Shown here piece after piece: positions 1 to 13,615 of a DNA stretch of 64,000 bases. The DNA comes from Amphiscolops sp. MND2022 (Eukaryota): assembly GCA_964187785.1 (NCBI GenBank), contig OZ076409.1, forward strand, positions 91,452,001 to 91,516,000. Reading direction: 5' to 3'. Made by a program: the position numbers and the translations under genes. The first letter of the stretch is position 1, and each line of letters begins with the position of its first letter. Under the pieces are notes generated by a model. It was not told where the DNA came from. It saw only the letters and a list, made by a program, of their open reading frames with translations, and did no database searches.

Positions 1-537
1 AATTTTTGTAACTTTCTTCCAAAATTTTGAAGTATTCTCTGCATTCTCTCAACTAAAAATTTTCAATTTAACGTGTTCTATCTGTCAAAGAACATATACC
101 TTTTCAAAATCTCAATGGGGTGAATGTTTATACGCGTATAAACATTCACCCCATTGAGATTTTGAGAAGTTATATGTTCTTTGACAGATAGAAAACGTTA
201 AATTGGAAATTTCTCGCGAGAACTCCATGCTAAACTTTGTTCCTTCAAGGGATTTTTTAGGATTTTGTAGTTCAATAGCAACTTCTAAATTCGGGAGTCT
301 CATAGATCTTCTTGCTTCCTAATCTTTTTTTTAAAAATTAGTAAACTGATTTGGAAGTTTTTCCAAAGTGCATGGATGCGCTTTATGCATTTTACAAACT
401 GCTTGGAAGTTTTACAAAATTTTTGCATGCATGCTCCCTGAATTTTCTAGTGTTTTAACTAGCCTCCATATTTCCATGCAACATGTAAAACGTTAAAGCA
501 ATCTCGACTAGTGAACTTCCAACTTCAGGTGTCTTAC

Positions 538-722
538 CAAGTGAGCAGTGTTTCTTCCCCGTTTGTCTGAAGCGTGCCATTCGCATTTGGCTTTTCTCAC
601 GAGGGCTCTCAGACACCTGAGTTGATTGTGCGCAGCTGCCAAGTGCACCGGCTGTTGGCCCAAGTTGTCTTTCTCCCGGATGTCGACATCTTGAGATATC
701 AGCAGACTCAATGCTTCCAAAG
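538..722 (-). CDS. Exon of host ankyrin-repeat gene
   Basis: Reads (A)LEALSLLISQDVDIREKDNLGQQPVHLAAAHNQLRCLRALV...DKRGRNTAHL, an ankyrin consensus. Acceptor cttcag ends at 723 and donor GTAAGA starts at 537. Confidence 0.85.
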
Positions 723-2384
723 CTGAAGCACAAACACGCTGAGTTTTATCGTCAGAATTTTCATTTTTTTCTTTTACATTGTAGGACGTTAAAAAAATTC
801 GCAACGACAATCAAAATTGTTTTTCAAACTCAGCTTGTTTTTATCATTTTGATACGAATTGGCTAACTCCCAAATTGAATATTCAAAATTAACAAAAAAA
901 GAAATTAAATGTTAGCAGAAGTGGTAAAGCAAGCAGTAGATGTGGTAGAAAGGACGAAATTGCTGACTACCATAGCTGGAAAGTTTCAATCTCATTCAAC
1001 AAAACAGTGTCTCACGGAAGGTTTACGTCGAATGTCGAACTGTAAATCTAAATTAAAATGTCCATCTTAATGAACTATGGTAGACATCACAACCTTACCT
1101 CTGTTCTGATTGCAGCATTTGATTGTAGGTTTCAACCTTAGACACTGTGTTCATTTTCAAGAATTTTCTAAGTTGTCGCAGGCTGCCTCCTGCGATATTT
1201 ATCTGTCTTATTGGACCTTCGGTCCACCAGAATACAGCAATATACTGATTGCCTATTTAAACCAATTTGCGACCGACAGTCAAACAGACTACAGCGAAAT
1301 ACTGATACGTATTTGAACGAATTTGGGACAGACAGTCAATCAGACTACATCGAACAAACTGAAACACTTATTTTTAGTCAGGAAAGATTAGTTTTATGGT
1401 TTTATAATAATGTTCACATGTAAAGGAATACTTCTTTTAACTGTGTTGAATAACGATGCTGCGCATGTAAGGAATTTGAATAATATGCAGTGCTACTTGA
1501 CGTAAAATGCGTTTAACTGGTACTTTGCTCTAGTCTAGCTGACGCATGGTCCAAATCCAATTATTGACCGATCAAAGCGTTGCTAGTATTATTGCTGTAG
1601 TAAAACGGACCATCGGTCCACTATACTGTTTTAGTTCGCTGTTTGATGTCTCATTTACTGGATGTAAAGTAAACAAATCAGGACTGTCAGTTTGAAGTAA
1701 CAAGACGCGCCGCCTTTTCCCTTTCTGTCGTTTCCAGACCTTTCTTTTGATGTTCATACTGATGCTATTTTTAACCCTTTCAAGACATCACGTAATAATG
1801 ATGACATTTTAATGCTATTTTTAACACGATGATTATCAGTAAATTGAGTGCCATGGAAAATGTAGTATATATAGCTGATCCCCACTGTCCACAAGACAAT
1901 AATCCTGATGAAGTTGCTACAATTGAATTGTTTTCATCCATCTTTTCTGAAGTTCTGACGAGTTGTTATACTTATAGTCCTCAATAATTCATGCTTAAAA
2001 GAATACTGATTTCCTATAAATGCCCTAAACTATAACTCAGAAAGCAAATAGAAGCGTTCTAGTTAACCGGACTTGAGGTTCGACTTAGATGAAATACTTG
2101 AAAATATTCAACGAAGTAGTTATGATTATAACTCAGAATCAAGAGAACTAGATGTGGACCTAACGTCCAAAGGACTACATGAAGACTAACCCATATGGAT
2201 ATGAATTTAGATCTTTGTCAAAATCAAACCGTAGATTAAATCTATCAGTACAAAAAGGTACAACAACGCTGGAACTTTTAATTATACTCAAATTGTGAGG
2301 GAAATAAACCCTGTATTTGAAAAGAAAATCGTTCGGCAAAGTCACGTTAGCCTGGGAGCGCTCAAAGAGGAATTTAGCGCAATA

Positions 2385-2545
2385 TTGGACCTTGGGTCCG
2401 CGAGACAGCAATGGAACCACGAAGTCGAGTTAATCCCAAAAATGGACCTTCGGTCCGCGAGACTGCACTGGAATCACGAAGTCGAGTTAAGCGTAAAAAT
2501 GGACCTTCGGTCAGACTGACTGCAACGGAACCCCGAAGCTGAAAT
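2385..2545. repeat. ~57-bp tandem repeat (about 3 units) with GGACC-TTC-GGTCC palindrome
   Basis: tggaccttcggtccgcgagac...ggaa..cacgaagtcgagttaa...aaaa repeated; related palindromes near 1213, 1607 and 2155. Confidence 0.7.
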
Positions 2546-5178
2546 TTCTCACAAAATGCGTCAAAATCTTTCCAAAGGGGATTTTAAACAATGTAACAGC
2601 AATCACTATAGCAGAGAGACTTCAATAGACTCCCGAAATAGTGATTTGAGTTACGACATAAGTTTTGTAAAATTCAGCAAACATTTGTTACTTTGCCAGT
2701 GTAAAAAATTCTGGAGCTCTTGGTAGTAATCTGTGATTTTGAAACGTCGAAAAAATGAAAAACTTTACAAGATCTTGCCGCGACTTTCAAGAGAAAATAT
2801 AAAAAAAAGTAATTGAATGAAACAAAAACGGTCGCCAACTGTGGTTTAATCCTCGAACCTATCAAGCCGCAGCCTTTCAAGTTATCAACCAAGCTATCAC
2901 CTGCTGAACTTTGATACATTGTGCTGCCCCGTAACCACTGGCAACGCTTTAAAGATTGATAATGTAGCTAGTAATGTGAACAGCGGCGAAGTGATTGTAT
3001 ACAATAAACATGTATTTAAACATGAGTGTGAACTTTGTTAATAGACCTGAAGAAAAATTGTTTGTTTTGCAAGTTTCTTCCGTAATATATTCTCATAGGA
3101 TTATTGCCGAAATTCTTAGTTTAAAAAATCAGAAATTTTGTTTGTGGAAAACGAGCCGGGAACGGCATAAGTCGGCGCCATATCTGATGCTCAAAAATAG
3201 CAAAAGGACTTCAAAGTGTCAAGTATTCTCTTTTACAGTACCTAAAAAAACAGCAATTGGACCGAATTGGCGCGCCGGGTCACACTAACGCGGACACCTG
3301 GCACCCTAAAAGGGGGGCACCCTCTCAGATTTGTCAATATTTCTGTCCCAAAACATCAAAAAAATTGAAGGGGAACCCTTTCAAGTCATTAAAAGTTTTT
3401 CAAAAAAGTCTCACAATGCCGAAAAAACTGAAAATGGGGACCCTTTAGTCTCACCCGGCATTGTATGTTGCCCTGAAAAAAAAGAAACAACTCTTTTGGT
3501 TAAGTTCCTTGGGCCAAATGGTCCAATTTGACACCTTAAAGTACCGTAGAACTTTTAAGAACTATTTTGGTTAGTGGATTGAAAAAAAGCCACTAGTATA
3601 GTCGCGTTTCACTTCATGAAGCGCCGACTAAAAACGGCAAGACTCATTTGGTTTTCGAGAGTAAACGAGAATGTATGAGAATATGCAGGATCTTGGTATG
3701 ACCTTCCGTCATTTTCCTGCTATGAAACTCTACCGCCCTAATGAGTGACAAAGCATATGCTCGCATACACAGAATTACGGGGATGCGGGTTTAGCAGTCA
3801 GTTGTAGCTGAAAAACAAACAATCTTCAAGTCTGACAAAGTTCACATTGTCTAGAAACTTTACTTTTCAACTCTATGTTGAGAAAACAAAAGTTTAGGTT
3901 ACTTAGGACGCTCATGCAAAAGTGACGTAATAAACTATGAAGTGCAGAACAATATTCAATAGAAATGACCTCAGAAAGACTTTGCAAAACTTCTTGGTGT
4001 AAACAGGATATACCAAACATTGAAATTGCTAAAGTTCCTTTTGCATCGACTGATTTTTCAGCAGCTTCTGTGAGCAACAAAGAAACAATTCTGTGACTTT
4101 GAAGAATTACCAGCTCCAGGATCATAGTGCGAAATTTGAAACTTCGGGAAAATGTGCCACTTGTTTCAATGACGTAACATTCAAAGCTGAATATTATTCA
4201 GTGCACGCATTTTGTAGGATCTAAGCTTTCGATTTGGTATCCTCAAATCCTGAACAGAACGGTTTGGCCTTCACGCCGACTATACTTCGTCCCGGGAAAC
4301 CAATTTTGTTGAAAACAGTCCAGTCAATGTTAAACTCTGGGAGCCTGAGCCACATTTGGCAAACATCTGTGTGCAAATTTCACGCTTGCATTGCCAGTTA
4401 GAACTGCTTTTAACTCTCTGACGTCAAAACTTGTTTTCTTATCAAAACTGCAAAATCTGCATTTGCCCTTTATGTTACATTTTTGCATGAATTCCTCTCT
4501 TATTTGTGGTTTCCAAACTCTGGCTTCAAACGTTCGTATGTTGACATGTGTTCAAGTTACAAAACCATCATAGAATTCTAAAGTCTCGAATGTAAATTTG
4601 TTATACAGTTGGCTCTATAGTTGGTACTTTCACCGCGGTAAATCTTCTTATAAATCAACATATTCGTTGGAAAGTTGTAGAAACCATTGAAAGTACTTTC
4701 GAATTATACCATTCTACCAACAGTGGAATTCAATTGTTTGAATCAAAAGTTATCAAAACACACCACCTTGCAAAGGGCGTACCGGCCGTTTATTGATCAT
4801 TTGCCTGAACAAATAGCAATAAACTTGAACGGAAAACTTAGTTTGGTGCTTGAATAATCTTGGTTTCATAGGTTTCAGTTGGTACTGTGCAATCTTTAGA
4901 CGTTTAGGTTTGCTCAAACACTCCCTCGTCGTAAAAAGCTCAGCTGTGATACCAAAAATAGTAACAAAATGGGTTTTTTCTTAAAATCATTCATAATTGT
5001 CAAACTTTCGGACATTGCGTCCATGTAGGACAATCTTTTTAATTGAGCTCTCATTGCAAGATTTAATTTCTTAACGGTCTAAAAAATTTTGTTTACAAAA
5101 ACCATGAATTCTGGAGAAGTATCAACTGAAACTACAACGTTAGAAATAGTTAAAACCTTCTTGTAGCTAATTGTAGCC

Positions 5179-5302
5179 ATGGGGTGTTCCAACGTTATCT
5201 GGACAATTATCTGGTTCATTCTACTGGTCTTCCTGTTCTGGCCTCTTGCTTTTTTCCTTAGCTTCATCTACGTTCTGTGTTTGCCCTTCTCTGCTTGCAT
5301 AG
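5179..5302 (+). CDS. Exon 1 of nested small hydrophobic membrane protein (72 aa total)
   Basis: ATG in gccATGg context; MGCSNVIWTIIWFILLVFLFWPLAFFLSFIYVLCLPFSACI; putative donor G|GCTAGT. Not in the ORF track. Confidence 0.65.
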
Positions 5303-5908
5303 GCTAGTATTCAAAATCATATTCAAAGCAGGTCGTAAAACCTTTGGAGAGAATATTGACAAGATTTTTATCAAAAATGCCAAGAATATGTGAATATGTA
5401 AGATTTTGTACGAAATTATCAAGAATATCAAAGAAAAGCCGTCAGGAAAGAATTATAATGAGCGAAAAACCGTCGGAAACTGCGATTTGATCAGCGATTT
5501 TAAGGTGCTGAATTTCACAATTTTGTGTCGATCTATGAGTAATACTTCAAAAAAGATAGTTTCTGTGGTAGTGCAAAAACTAGCAGTGATTGTAAACAAA
5601 AATATGAAATTGTGCTTGCTTTGTAAAGTTCTTGTTTCCTGCACACTTTTGATATGACGCTGACCAAAATTCTAGTGAAAATTTCAAAAGGTTTTTGTGA
5701 AGCAAGAATGAATGTAAGAGAAAACAAGATCTTTGGAAAGTATTTCCAGATTGATTGCATTGGGCTGTCCGTGTTACCTTTATTGTAGACAAGTTGTCGA
5801 ACAATCCTAGACAATCGAAACACGATCATATCAAAATCTTGACTATGATTTTGCAACAAATAGGACTACAACTGGCGTGATATCGTTGCGAAATTGTTCT
5901 AGGAAACG

Positions 5909-6278
5909 TGTTGACAAGCAATGCGATTGAAAGCAAATAAGATTAAAAGCAAATAATAATAGTTCCTTTTCAAGGCAGTTTGGCAAAAAGGATGCGCGCT
6001 AGCTTTCGAGGCAAAAGACCGTGGGTTCGATTCCCGAACATGTAAAAATATTTCATATTTTGGAAATATTTCACCGATTCCGATAAAATAACCTTGAAAA
6101 AAGCCTTGCTGTTTTTGTTACTGTTGTTTGTAATTGCTGTCAAAAATTATTTAATTATTTCGTTCTTTTTGCCGCTTTACATATAAAAATTTTTCACTGC
6201 TGTTGCCATCAATCAATTATTATCTGCTTTTGTTTTGAAAACGATCTATAGAGAAATCGAAATTCTATAGTTATTTCA
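5909..6278 (+). repeat. BEL 5' LTR (370 bp)
   Basis: TGTTGACAAG...GTTATTTCA; direct repeat of 12252-12662, 41 bp shorter and with several substitutions. Confidence 0.93.
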
Positions 6279-6299
6279 TGGTGGCCAAACAAAGGCAAA

Positions 6300-9200
6300 A
6301 CGAAGCCGCCCTTAGAATTGCAATCAACAGCAGGAACTGGAACTTGAACGTCTACAGGAAGAACAAGAACTACTTAGATTAAGGACCGATCGACTTAAAA
6401 AGGAACAAGCACTTCGAGTTGAACAGTTAGAATAAGAAAATCGAAAGAAAATAGCTAAAGCAACATTCACCGAGCTTGAACTGAATGAAGACTTGTCGGA
6501 CTCTCAATCGGTTTTTAGAGACCGTTTCTAGACACCGTGTCACAACTAGCCGCTTCGACTAAAGCGGACGATACTGTCCGAGTTAATGAGTGGGTTAACA
6601 ATTCAACAGTAGCTACTGCAAGTGATCCCACGAACGCTGGAATTTTGAACCCGATTACCGTTACCGGCACTACTGCAGCACACTATTCAGTCAACAGAGG
6701 AGCTCCTACAAAAACACCGAAACCTTCCTTCCCAGTAATGACTCCTGTAGCCCCTCCAACCGCAACAACGACTAACAACATGCCTTCAGTTACGGGACAA
6801 GGTTCAATACTTTACCTACCAAACACTGTCCACGTCCAAGCTCCTCAACCAACCACAACGCCTCAGGGGACAATTGCTCCATCGGTAACTGCTACAGCAT
6901 CGGCCCCGTTGGCGACCAGTTCATTTTCGATTTCAACAGTCACCGTTCCCGCAAGTGATCTTCTTCCAAACTTATCAGCCTGGACGTTTCCGACAGGACC
7001 AAGTAATCCGCCTGTGAGCGCAACTCCCGTAACGACGAACCACGCCGTGTTTCCGGCAACTTTCCTGGCTACTAGTGTCGCCCCAGCAGCTTTGCCTATT
7101 ATTCCCGTCACCGCTGGAGGAACTGTATACTATATTAACCCGACGTCTCTGGCAACTGTGCCCGCACCGAGCAGTGAACCAGTACCGACTACTTTCCCGG
7201 CTGTTCCTTCAACAGCAACACCATTTGCAACTCCTCCGTCCGTCAATGTACCGCAACCTGCTACTACCAGTTTCACTGTCCAAGATCTTGCGCAACAGTT
7301 ATCGTCATCGACGAGGGACTACCTCCCGGAATGGAAACTGGCCCAGTACTGTGGAGATCCACTTCAATGGCACGAGTGGTTCGGCCAGTTCAAGAGTGCC
7401 ATCGATTCAGCCCCCTTACCGATGATGGAAAATGACCTACTTGAAGACACTGGTGTCCGGTAAGGCAAACACTGCCATCGCCGAGTTTGCATACTGCGTT
7501 ACTATGTACAAAGACAACGTTGGAGCGGAAGTTTGGGCAACCTCAGACTCTGGTTAGTGCTTCCCTTGACAAACTTGCCAACTACCCGCCAGTGAAGATG
7601 CACAATAGCGATAGCATTATCAGCTATTCTGCCACTGTTTCCTCACTCGTTGGTGTTTTCCGATCCTTGAACCACCTGCAGGTTCTGTCGAGTGGTTCTC
7701 TCCTGAGCCAAGCGGTTCAAAAACTTCCTTCAAGTTTGAAGGAAGCTCGATGAACACCGTCAAACGGAACCTGGATTGGTCTATTTGAACCATTTCAACG
7801 ATTGGCTAAAGGAGAAAGCAGAGGCACATGAAAGAATGAAAGCCGCCTCCAGTAAACCAGGATCCGAAGAAGTTCCTGTCACTACCGTAACCAAGACAAA
7901 AACAGGAACCAAAGTATTTGCGGCGACCACCAGTGACCAAGGAAACGCTGTTACCGAGGTTGAAAGTGAGAAACAATGTGTAGTTTGCAAGGACAGTCAC
8001 CCGCTTTGGCTTTGTACAGTATTCCGCCGAAAAACTCCGACAGAGAGAACAAAGCTAGCTGAGAGCAAACTCTGCTTTACTTATCCAAACGAAGGATTTT
8101 CATTCCGGTAATGCCTGCAGCCAGGAAAATGCACCAAAGACGGCTGTAGCAGCTCTCATAACACTCTACTCCACGGCTCTGACAGAGTTTTTCCATAGAA
8201 AGTCCCGCGGACGCAAAAAATTCTCGAAGTAAAACGACAAAGGCCAGTCAGAGACAAACTGGCACCGAAAGCTCCGGCATGCCTTCCGTAAACGACGTCA
8301 AAGGCTTGTTGCAAATAACAGAACTTGAAGTGACTTCGCCTTCGAGCTCCGAGCATTGTGTGACTCAGCTTGTAGTCATTCATGGATCTTCCAGCAGCTG
8401 ATCGACACAGAAACAGTTGAGCTTAAGTTGACACCTGTTCATTCGGCTGGCTCTTGTTCAGCTTTTCCTGACACTCCTTACGTTCGAGATGATCTGAAAG
8501 TTGAAAACGACATTATCGACGTTGACAAATTGAAAACAACTTACCCCATTTAGAACCGATTCCCCTCAGCAAATACTGCTTTTCAGACGTTGAAATGATC
8601 CTTAGTCAGGAGGTCTTCTACTGTATCCGCATGTTGGAGTACTTGGAAGCCGACCGTTCGAATACTCCAATAGCCGTCCGTTTACCGTTGGGTTGGGTAC
8701 TGAGTGGACCGCTTCCTTTCACCACGGGTCTTTTCTCGACTTTTTTCAAAGCTGTCACTAGCTCAGAGAACGATTCTATTCTTGCCGAACAACTTCGCAG
8801 CTGGTACGACATTGAGTCATATGGTGCTTGCAAACAAGTTGACTCTCGCTCCGCGGCCGATGCGCGAATGAAAATCCTCGAAGATACGAAATTCACTGAT
8901 GGTTGCCGTTACAAAGTTGGAATGTTGTGGGCCGATGAAGAAAGTACGTTGCCGAACAACTACTTCTCGGCTCTTGTACAACTTAAATGGTTAGAACGCC
9001 GCCTTGGAAAAGATCCTCAACTAAAAGAGTTACAGCAAGGCAATCAGAGAGCACTTCGGAAAAGGGTACATAGTTCGAGTCGATAAGTCCAATGTTTCTG
9101 CGCCGATAACCGTCGTGAGTGGTACTTGCCACATCACCCCGTAATACACCCGCACAAACCCGGCAAAGTGAGAAGAGTTCTCAATGGTGCTGCAAAGTTC

Positions 9201-12112
9201 CAGAAACAGCCTTTGAACAACGCTCTTCTAACGGTCCGGATCTACTGCAAAGTTTGACCCATATCCTCTTCAAACTCCGTCAATTCCCCAAAGCTGTGTC
9301 CGCCGACATTGAAGGCATGTTCTTACAAGTTGGATTCATACCAAAAGACCAACCGTAAATTCGTTTTTTGTGGCGAGAGGATCAATTAACCGAAGTTGCT
9401 GTTTTTCAGTACGTGAGACACATCTTTGGGTTGAAGGACTCTCTGACTTGCGCAAATTACGCTCTGAAGAGGACCGCGACTGAAAATGCCGACAAATTTT
9501 TGAAAGCAGCCCACAGCGTGCGAAGAACTTTTTACATGGACGACTACCTCGAGTCTAGTCCGACAGCCGAAGAAGCAACTAAAAAACTACAGACTTAGTG
9601 AAATTGCTTCCGCTGGGTGGATCCAACTTAACGAAGTTTGTGTCTAACGACCATAACATCTTGCAACAAATCGAACAGATTTCTGAGCGCCAACCCAGCG
9701 ATGGTAAACAGTTACCGACAACTGAGGAATCATCACACGTACTTGGCCTCAAGTGGAACCACGACTCGGACACATTTGTTGTTAGCCTAGGAACTTCTCC
9801 GAACACAAACCGAACAGTTATTCAACGAGTTGTCCTCAGCCTCGTCTCCGCCGTCTACGACCCTATTGGGCTCGTAGCCCCGTACACCGTGAAAGCTCGA
9901 CTTCTGCTGAAAGACATATGGAGACTAAGCGGTCAGAAATGGGATGACTTTCTCCCAGAGGGAACTGCAGCCAAGTTTCTGGACTAGTTCTGAATTGGAA
10001 GCTCTTAGTGAACTCGTAATTCCAAGAAGTTACTTCCAACAAAATGTCGAGTGTTTAGAGTTACATGTGTTTGGTGACAGTTCGCATGATGTTTTTAGTG
10101 CCGTAGCTTTCCTCAGAGGGAAAGTCAACACTGGAATTGTTTGTTCTACCGAAACAGCCTTTGTGTTTGGCAAAGCACGAGTTGCGCCAATGAAAGCATT
10201 GACCATTCCTAAACTCGAATTGCAGGCTGCGTAACTCGCTGCAAGATTGAGAAACGAAGTGCAACGCGCGCTTACTTTGCAGATTGATAGAACATTTATG
10301 TAGACTGACAGTACTGCGGTCCTTCAGTGGCTACATTCTCTTGAGAAACAGCCGGTGTTCGTGGAAAACCGTTTTGCAGAGATACTCGAACTGACAACTG
10401 CAGATGAGTAGTACCATTTTTAATCCGCCGACAAGACTGCTGATGCTGGAACTAGAGATATATCAGCCAAAGTCTTTCTTCAAAGTAGTTGGGTAAAAGG
10501 CCCCGAATTCCTGAAAACAAATCAATGGCCCTTCAGGCCATCCGAAGACTTCCGACAAAAACTGAAACAACTAAAAACGGATCCAAGTGACAAACTAGTT
10601 ACAGAGTTTTGGTCAATACTGTGCGAAACCCAAGTTGCAGATGCAAAAACTTTAGAATGGCAAAAGTATTGCTCGTACGAGAAACTCCTGCGCATTGCAG
10701 CCTACGTTTTGTGGCCTTTACCGAAGAACAGCCAATACAGGACCAACACTGGGTACCATTATGGATCCGATTGAACTTGAAAATGCCGAACAACGTCTGT
10801 TCTTCCTGACTGAAGCAGAAACCTTCCATGTTGAAAAAAGTAATTTGCTGAAGTCAACCCCGCTCAGTAAAACTTCAAAACTTGCCCAATTTTTTCCCTT
10901 TATAGGACCTAACGGGCTTCTCAGAGCTTCTGGTCGAACAAAAAGCCTTGACGTTGCAACATTCGATATGAAACACCCCATTCTTTTGGACGCCCGACAT
11001 CTCTTGGTTCGACTCTTGTTGGAACACACGCACGTTCAACATTGTCATCCAGGTGTTGATTAACTCCGCGCTTTGATACAACAACGTCTTGCGGAGGTGA
11101 AACAGCGAGCAACTTTGAGAATATTAGTTTCGAGGTTACATGCCGCAAGCGAAGGGTTGAAACTGTTACTCTACTGATGGCGGAACTCCCGCGAGGAAGA
11201 CTTGCTTTCAAAGAACCCCCTTTCTCGAACACTGGTGTAGACTATTTCATACCCTTCTTTGTAACCGTAAGGCTGTCCACTGAAAAACATGGTGATTCCT
11301 TTTCACATGACTCACAACTCGCGCTGTTCACTTTGAAGTAGTTCCTAGCATGGACAACAGTAACTGTGTGATGGGAAAAGAACGATTTTGCGCCAGTCGT
11401 GGAATCCCATCAGTAATCTAGTCCGACATTGGGACAAACTTCGTTGCTAGCAAGAAAGAACTTTTGTCCAACATCAACAATTGGAACCAGCACATTGTCA
11501 GCGAGGCACTCGTCAAGAAAGGGATTAAGGGGAAGTTCAACCCACAAGTGCCCCTCATCACGGAGGTGATTGAGAACGTTTAGTCCGTAGCTTCAAACAC
11601 GTTTTCTACGCTGTTTTAGGAAACCGCCGTTTGACAGACGAAATCTTGACGACAACGTTCTGCTTGGTGGAACAATGTCTCAATGCTCGTCCAATCACCT
11701 CCGTTAGTCCTGAAGCTACTGACATCAACGCTCTTACACCAAACCACTTTCTTCTAGGAACGGCAAGTCCAACATTGCCCTCACATTTCCGCCCTGAGAT
11801 AGACCATCGAAAGCGATACGTTCGAGCTCAAGCGTACTCAGACGCAATTTGGATTGGTTGGCTCAAGGAGTACGTTCCAAACCTCAATCGACGCTCGAAA
11901 TAGACCAAGTCGTCAGGCCGAGATCTGAACACCGGAGATCTCGTCTGGCTAGTCGAACCTACCGCACCAAGAGGACAATACCCACTTGGTCGCGTAATGA
12001 AACTAAATTACGGCACCGATGCCATCGCCCGTTCAGCTGAAGTGAACACCTCAACCGGAAACCTTGTTCGCACAGTTGTCAAGCTCGCTCCCGTTCTCTC
12101 CATTCCCGAATA
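6300..12112 (+). pseudogene. BEL/Pao gag-pol polyprotein with many stops and frameshifts
   Basis: Gag GDPLQWHEW and Cys/His knuckles, LGWVLSGP, ADIEGMFLQV, RT YMDD, YDPIGLVAP, Pao RNase H LHVFGDSS and ARVAP..LTIPKLEL, integrase GVDYF and LNARP..LTPNHFL. Confidence 0.92.
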
Positions 12113-12251
12113 AACTATTGACTATATAATTTTGTTTTATTTGATTTTACCGTACATTATCACATTTCATGTAACATGTAAAAAAAGTATATCGAAAAAA
12201 AGTTTTTTTTTGATTGATTCATTTCTTCACATTCTTCTTGGGCCCGGAGGA

Positions 12252-12662
12252 TGTTGACAAGCAATGCGATTGAAAGCAAATAAGATTAAAAGCAAATAAT
12301 AATAGCTCCTTTTCAAGGCAGTTTGGGAAAAAGGATGCGCGCTAGCTTTCGAGGCAAACAACCGTGGGTTCGATTCCCGGACATGTAAAAATATTTCATA
12401 TTTTGGAAATTCTTTCTCTGATTTCGATAAAATAACCTTGAAAAAGGCCTTGCTTTTTTTTGTTACTGTTGTTTGTAATTGTTTTCAAATATTATTTAAA
12501 TATTTCGATCTTTTTTCCGCTTTACATATAATAATTTTTGACTGCTTTTGCCATCATTGTGGGATCGAAATTCAATATAAATTGGCCTCAATTAATCAAT
12601 TATTATCTGCTTTTGTTTTGTAAAACGATCTATAGAGAAACCGAAACTCTATAGTTATTTCA
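12252..12662 (+). repeat. BEL 3' LTR (411 bp)
   Basis: Direct repeat of 5909-6278. Confidence 0.93.
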
Positions 12663-13021
12663 AAACGCATGATGAATTTCGGATACAGCGTTAAAACCCA
12701 AATCAACAACTCCATGAAAAATTAACTCATTTCAAGCCTAAATTGTACTGCTGCCTGGGAAAGTATCAGTTTGATTCGTAAGCGAATCGAACAGAAAAGG
12801 GGGTTTTCACATTTGTACCTTGTGCCAAGAAAGGAAGCAATCGCGAGTTGAAATTTAAAAAACACTCACTTTTTAATACGATTACTAGTAGGAATCGTAG
12901 TAGGAGGTCCATGATTGATACGATCTTACCAGGATAGAAGAAAAAAGCTATGTAGCTCAACTTATGTTCAAACACGTCAGACTTCAAAAACCGATTCATT
13001 TAATAAACTTTGAAGCACAGG

Positions 13022-13595
13022 AGTAGTATGGGGAATCCCGATTCGGGCCACCAAAACCCCAAAAATTAAAAGTCCTCAAAACCATTGATTTTAAGGACTT
13101 TTTAGGAAACAAATCATCAAAAAATAGTGTTTTTATCATGAAGCAAAATTCACTAACCTCTATAGTGTAATGTCAACGTTGCAACCAGCGTTCAATGTGT
13201 AATAATAACATATTGCTGTATAACCAACGTTATAGTACAACCAACGTTAATGTACAACCAGCGTTAATGTACAGCCAACGTTAATGTACCGGCGCATACG
13301 TTATTCTTATATAACTACAACTAACATTGATTCGTCTCCCATAGCTTAGTGGTTATAGCATTGACTAAAGTTAAGGCTTCGCCCGGAGTGTTTGGGGTTC
13401 ACTTCTATCCAACGTCCCCCAGTCTTTGTTACAACTTACATGCTATGGGAGAATAATCACCAATGGCACAGTTCTTAAAAAGAATAATCCCTGCTGTGGA
13501 AACTCTTAGTGGAACGGACTTCCGATGGGCTTTGAGTTTACCATAGGCATGTCAATGCGTGAAGCTACGGGCATGCCTATGGGTTTTGCATTTTT
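13022..13595 (+). repeat. Polinton-A left TIR (574 bp)
   Basis: Reverse complement of 43930-44571; contains 4 copies of a 17-bp repeat. Confidence 0.95.
13335..13452 (+). ncRNA. Candidate Pol III-type structured RNA in the Polinton-A TIR (mirror copy 44073-44190)
   Basis: 11-bp terminal stem TCTCCCATAGC/GCTATGGGAGA; A-box TAGCTTAGTGG; weak B-box GGTTCACTT; GGC-TTCG-GCC hairpin intact in the right copy. Confidence 0.35.
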
Positions 13596-13615
13596 CAACT
13601 TTTTCATCTTAATAA

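Larger units (their letters stand above)
5909..12662 (+). mobile_element. BEL/Pao LTR retrotransposon, full length but decayed
   Basis: TG...CA LTRs; 5-bp TSD AAACG (5904-5908 / 12663-12667); PBS-like TGGTGGCC after the 5' LTR; purine-rich tract before the 3' LTR. Confidence 0.93.

Noticed and set aside
2385..2545. CRISPR-like array
   Set aside because: The sequences between palindromes are similar to each other, there are no cas genes and the context is eukaryotic; it is a tandem repeat.
6015..6040. tRNA gene (GGTTCGATTCCC)
   Set aside because: Only a B-box/T-arm-like motif inside the BEL LTR; no cloverleaf.
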